Shown here: one piece after another, positions 28,065-32,000 of the stretch
Numbering within the stretch: the stretch's first letter is position 1
Layout: the number at the start of each line of letters is the position of its first letter
Source of the DNA: Raphidiopsis brookii D9
Lineage (GTDB): Bacteria; Cyanobacteriota; Cyanobacteriia; Cyanobacteriales; Nostocaceae
Assembly: GCA_000175855.1 (NCBI GenBank)
Contig: ACYB01000022.1
Coordinates: 71,026 to 103,025 of the forward strand
DNA length: 32,000 nucleotides
Reading direction: 5' to 3'
The notes under the pieces: generated by a model
What the model was told of the DNA's origin: nothing
Databases searched by the model: none
What the model saw: only the letters and a program-made list of their open reading frames with translations
Translations under genes and position numbers: made by a program

Positions 28065-28307
28065 CTACTTAACCTCTATATTTACATTTACCGACAGTAT
28101 TATTCTTAGAAGACAAAAAGGTATTGATCCCTGATGGTCTCAAGCTAAAAAGAATACGAGTTCATCTTTTGTTATTGTTGGATCCAGTTTACCGTTATGT
28201 CTGGCAAAAGGGAATTACCCAAGTAGATCAATATGCGATATCTTATGTAATTTATTCTTATAGCTGCTATATAGTATATTGAGTTCTCCAATGATAAACA
28301 TTGGTTT

Positions 28308-28493
28308 TTATCTGGTGTTCTGACCAATCCTATCATTCAACCTCATTGGAGTGACTATTGGCATTGTTAATTCCTCCATGGGAGCGGGTTTCATATCCCG
28401 ATAGTCCAGAATCTGGACTACAATTAAATAAGCTATAGCTAAAAGGATAGAGATTGCGCCTGTAAGAATTGCAATAATTTTTGATCTACTCAT
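28308..28493 (-). CDS. hypothetical small single-pass membrane protein
   Basis: 61-aa ORF with an ATG and one clear TM helix (IIAILTGAISILLAIAYLIVVQIL). There is no obvious SD, so whether it is coding is uncertain. Confidence 0.35.
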   Translation of the reverse strand: MSRSKIIAILTGAISILLAIAYLIVVQILDYRDMKPAPMEELTMPIVTPMRLNDRIGQNTR

Positions 28494-28566
28494 ACATTTA
28501 ATTACTAGCTCGCTGTTATAGTTAATTTTTTAGTTTCGCGTTGTAATAAACAAGGAAGCCAAATCA

Positions 28567-28956
28567 ATGCCCAGATGGAAATTATCCACGGAATTTACAT
28601 TTGATAGTGCCCACTACATCAAAGATTATAAAGGACCCTGTGGGAGAATGCACGGTCACACTTATAAAGTCAAAATTGAAGTCACATCATCACAACTCCA
28701 TAGCTCAGAATACTGTCCCCATCCCGTTATGGTGGCTGATTTTAAAAGTTTACGCTGGGCTAAAAAGGATGTTACCCAAGGAGGTTTAGATCACTGTGTG
28801 CTGAATGAAGTTTTACCACCTGAGTATGAAACAACTGCGGAAATGATTGCTAAATATATTTATGATGAAACTAAAAGACGCTTGCCAACGGAGGTTAAAC
28901 TCAAGGTGGCAGTGTCGGAAACACCTAATTCTTGGGCTGAATATGAGGATGATTAA
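28567..28956 (+). CDS. queD: 6-carboxy-5,6,7,8-tetrahydropterin synthase (queuosine biosynthesis)
   Basis: 129 aa, PTPS/QueD family: …FTFDSAHYI…GPCGRMHGHTYKV… contains the catalytic Cys and the His zinc ligands. Confidence 0.88.
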   Translation: MPRWKLSTEFTFDSAHYIKDYKGPCGRMHGHTYKVKIEVTSSQLHSSEYCPHPVMVADFKSLRWAKKDVTQGGLDHCVLNEVLPPEYETTAEMIAKYIYDETKRRLPTEVKLKVAVSETPNSWAEYEDD

Positions 28957-30100
28957 CCAAGGTGTTTATGGATAAGTTGTTTTCTGCAGGTGCTAAATCT
29001 TGCTCACCTGTCTCATCCAATTGGTGATTTGTCTGGTCAATCACCATGGGAGAACGAATCACTCCAATAACGGTTTTGATTACTACCGCACAGGGAACAG
29101 CAACAATTACCCCTAACAAACCTCCAACTCTGGCTCCAGTAAGGACTGAAATCAATACCCATACGGGATTTAACCCAGTAAAGTTACCTAGGATACGGGG
29201 GGCGAGGATGTTTTCCAGAATCTGTTGAACTATCACAGCTGCTGCTAATACTCTCACCCCCATGGAAATATCCTGGAGAGAAACTAATAGGGTTGTGATG
29301 GCAATACCTACGGAACCACCAAAGGGAATTAATGCCATAATCCCAATGGTTAAACCAAATAACAGTCCGTATGGGACTTTTAACCACAAAAATGAGGGAA
29401 TTAGGGCTGAGGCCATACATGTGGATAAAATTAATTGGGTAATGAAAAAGTTCTGGAAGCTCAACCTGACCGTTCGAGAAAATGGTTCCCGAAATTTATT
29501 CGGTAACCATTCTACTAAGCTTTGCCAAAGTTCATCCCCATGTTGCAACAGATAAAAGGTTAAAACCATAGTTAGCAGAAAGTCTAATAGACTGGTCACC
29601 GTTACTACAGCTAAGTTTAAAACCTGAGCAGTAATTGCTTGTAGTTGACTCTTGACACGATCATTAATTTGCACCACAATGGCGTCAAGATTGATTGGCA
29701 ACCCCATCATCTCCGCTTTCTCATTTAAAATCATTAATTGCGATCGCCCGGAATCTATCCATTCTGGTAAGCGGTTCACTAATTGTCTGGCCTGGGTCAA
29801 AGCCAGGGGAAATAGGGTCACACCCAATGCTAGGAGAATTGATAAGGCTATTAAAAACACTAGTACAGCCACTTGTTCCCTTCTAGCACCCTGCTTTTGC
29901 ATCCAGGTAATTGGATAGTTAAGCAAAAATGCCAGCACTGAAGCTCCTACCAAAATTACTATCAATGAGTGGAAATAATTGAAGATTGAGGACAACGCCC
30001 AACCATTGATCACCAATAGGGGAGCAAATAGAGCGATCGCCCCGATGCGGGACAATGGTGTAAATCTTTGCCACCATTCCAGTAGCTTTCTCGTGTGCAT
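28925..30100 (-). CDS. AI-2E family transporter (PerM/UPF0118-type permease)
   Basis: 391 aa with about 8 TM helices and a typical AI-2E C-terminal core (…ALIPFGGSVGIAITTLL…PRILGNFTGLNPVWVLISVL…). Its 3' end overlaps the queD 3' end by 32 nt. Confidence 0.82.
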   Translation of the reverse strand: MHTRKLLEWWQRFTPLSRIGAIALFAPLLVINGWALSSIFNYFHSLIVILVGASVLAFLLNYPITWMQKQGARREQVAVLVFLIALSILLALGVTLFPLALTQARQLVNRLPEWIDSGRSQLMILNEKAEMMGLPINLDAIVVQINDRVKSQLQAITAQVLNLAVVTVTSLLDFLLTMVLTFYLLQHGDELWQSLVEWLPNKFREPFSRTVRLSFQNFFITQLILSTCMASALIPSFLWLKVPYGLLFGLTIGIMALIPFGGSVGIAITTLLVSLQDISMGVRVLAAAVIVQQILENILAPRILGNFTGLNPVWVLISVLTGARVGGLLGVIVAVPCAVVIKTVIGVIRSPMVIDQTNHQLDETGEQDLAPAENNLSINTLVNHPHIQPKN

Positions 30101-30544
30101 TTTGGGTTGATTGGGGTAAAAATGAAGATGACCGGAGATACAGATTAGGAAAAATCTATGACTTAAAAACCATTATTCAAAACTATGGTAGTAACTGTAG
30201 TAACTATCATAGTCGATCTGCCATATCCCTGACAATTCCAGGTAGTTTTGTGGTTGAACTACCTATCTCTCGCTTTTACCCATTAACTCCGTCTATAGCC
30301 TAGATAAAGCCATATCTACCTAAAAATTTACCTAAAGATTGGATTTATTAAGAAACTTAATAGGTTATACTTCCGTCAATATAATCATATAATCAAATTG
30401 CAGGGGCCACCATCCACCTTTCCGGATTGCCCATAAATCCAGAGAATGCCATGAAAGTTCCTTTTTAGTAATCAAGACGGCCAGTTATGTAGAAGTTAAT
30501 ATATTGAAAACAAAAGACAAAAGGTACATTGTTTTATTTTATCC

Positions 30545-31957
30545 ATGAGTGTGAGGAAATCTGTGAGTAGTCAAAGAACATCAGCAGCGGGTAACAAACC
30601 AGTCAGAAGTAAGTCCAGAGGTAAAAACCCCAGGAAGTCAAAATCCGGGCGCTGGTTATTGTTTGTCATAGGAATGGGGGGAATTGCAATGCTATCGGGG
30701 TTAGCTGGGGCCCTGTTAGCTGTTTCTGATAGCACCCCCTTACAGCAAGCTAACCTCACCTCAGAGCAGGAAGCGGTTTTTGGCAGAAATCGCATTTCGG
30801 GGAATGGTTGGCAATTCTCTCAATTAACTCGCCCTGTAAACATCTTGGTTATGGGTATGAGTGTACTACCACCTGACATACAAAACCCACCTGACCACAC
30901 CAAGAAATTGGGTTATTTACCCCAACTTAACTCTTTTGACGGTCTTTCAGATGTGATGCTCCTGCTCAAATTTGACCCCCAGACCAAGAAAATTGTCATG
31001 CTTTCTATTCCGAGGGATACCCGCGCTGAAATTGAAGGGATTGGCACACAGAAGATTAACTCGGCTAATGTGAACGGTGGACCTGCATTAACTGCTAAAA
31101 CCGTTAGTAATCTTTTAGGTGGAGTGGCTATTGATCGTTATATCCGAATTAATGTTTTAGGAGTGGGTAAACTAATTGATGCTTTGGGTGGGATAACAGT
31201 TTATGTCCCCAAAGATATGAAATATCAGGATGACTCCCAACATTTATATATTAATTTAAAAGCAGGTAAGCAACATCTTAGTGGTGACCAAGCACTACAA
31301 CTATTGCGATTTCGCCATGACGCTTTAGGTGACATTGGCAGAATTCAAAGGCAACAAATGGTATTGAGGGCGCTTTTTGAACAAAGTGTGAATGGTGCAA
31401 CCCTGGCCAGATTTCCACAGATTTTAGAAACTATTAGGGAGCATATTGACACTAATCTATCTATTGAAGAGTTAATAGCCCTAGTGGGTTTTGGCACGGG
31501 AACAAACAGGTCCAACATAGAAATGGTGATGCTCCCTGGTGGATTTAGCGAAAATGGCAAATATGGTGCCAGTTACTGGATACCGGACAAACAGGCCATT
31601 CAAAAACTAGCGGTGAAAAACTTTGGTTTGGGAGCATCATGGATGGATACCCAGGAAACCATTGACCCTTCCAGATTACGCATTGCCATTCAAGATAGCA
31701 CGGGAGAAGGACAATCGGTTAGGGGTCTGATTAATACTTTACAACAAGCTGGATATCTGAATGTTACTCGTGTTCGTCGTGCTGGGGGGGAACCCCTGGA
31801 AACAACCCATATTGTAGCCCAACAGGGTGATAGTAACAGTGCGGAGTCTGTTCGTGAGCTTTTGGGTTTTGGTGAGGTACGGGTAGAAAGCACTGGTGAT
31901 ATTGGTTCTGACATTACTATTCAAGTGGGGAGGGATTGGTTGCGAAAGTCACAGTAA
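30545..31957 (+). CDS. LCP-family (LytR-CpsA-Psr) cell-envelope polymer transferase-like protein
   Basis: 470 aa with a basic N-terminus, one TM helix and an LCP core (…MLSIPRDTRAEI…INSANVNGGPALTAKTV…LRFRHDALGDIGRIQRQQ…). A LytR_C-like C-terminal domain follows. Confidence 0.85.
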   Translation: MSVRKSVSSQRTSAAGNKPVRSKSRGKNPRKSKSGRWLLFVIGMGGIAMLSGLAGALLAVSDSTPLQQANLTSEQEAVFGRNRISGNGWQFSQLTRPVNILVMGMSVLPPDIQNPPDHTKKLGYLPQLNSFDGLSDVMLLLKFDPQTKKIVMLSIPRDTRAEIEGIGTQKINSANVNGGPALTAKTVSNLLGGVAIDRYIRINVLGVGKLIDALGGITVYVPKDMKYQDDSQHLYINLKAGKQHLSGDQALQLLRFRHDALGDIGRIQRQQMVLRALFEQSVNGATLARFPQILETIREHIDTNLSIEELIALVGFGTGTNRSNIEMVMLPGGFSENGKYGASYWIPDKQAIQKLAVKNFGLGASWMDTQETIDPSRLRIAIQDSTGEGQSVRGLINTLQQAGYLNVTRVRRAGGEPLETTHIVAQQGDSNSAESVRELLGFGEVRVESTGDIGSDITIQVGRDWLRKSQ

Positions 31958-32000
31958 TAAGTAGAGCAGTCTCACCAGCAACGGGGTTTAAATTTAGTAG

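Noticed and set aside
24921-29918. Short ORFs antisense to or inside ndhD3, ndhF3, queD and the AI-2E transporter (24921..25148, 26542..26832, 26591..26782, 28601..28789, 29046..29228, 29184..29420, 29262..29555, 29652..29918, 29695..29886)
   Set aside because: All are nested in or opposite strongly supported membrane-protein or enzyme genes. They are 60-97 aa, with no motifs.
30571-31924. Minus-strand ORFs inside the LCP gene (30571..30795, 31345..31560, 31690..31914, 31739..31924)
   Set aside because: These are shadow ORFs of a well-supported CDS.

Overview
This window reads as ordinary core chromosome of a low-GC, probably filamentous Nostocales-type cyanobacterium. The lineage call is an inference from three things: at least 16 exact HIP1 palindromes (GCGATCGC), the photosynthesis and CO2-uptake gene content, and an extra ORF between chlL and chlN.

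Gene content in order:
- phnD-phnC-phnE transporter (minus strand)
- an orphan PD-(D/E)XK nuclease-like protein
- cysH
- an sbcD-like nuclease, frameshifted
- an APC-type permease
- recJ
- psb30/ycf12, 39 codons and absent from the ORF track
- a YkgJ-type Cys-cluster protein
- two half-size UPF0016 genes, the first frameshifted
- a small membrane protein
- an LptC/OstA-like lipoprotein
- a NYN/LabA-like protein
- metG
- an alpha/beta hydrolase
- pepA
- ilvH
- a Trp-rich small protein
- chlL, an unknown ORF, then chlN
- the ndhF3-ndhD3-cupA CO2-uptake operon (minus strand)
- a 61-aa membrane ORF
- queD
- an AI-2E/PerM-type transporter
- an LCP (LytR-CpsA-Psr) protein

I found no rRNA, tRNA, CRISPR array, transposase, integrase or obvious defence or accessory island. 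I do not see convincing evidence for a novel multi-gene system here.

The items most worth a second look:
- Two genes are each broken by a one-T deficit in a T homopolymer. This could be an assembly artefact or real inactivation or phase variation.
- A nested-helix non-coding element lies between the permease and recJ.
- A perfect 12-bp inverted repeat lies between ilvH and the Trp-rich gene.
- The roughly 445-bp chlL leader contains mutually exclusive pairings.
- An uncharacterised ORF is embedded in chlL-chlN.
- The ndhF3 operon has no cupS and carries an 11-nt tandem repeat abutting the cupA start.

All product calls come from motif and family recognition by eye. No database search or folding program was run.
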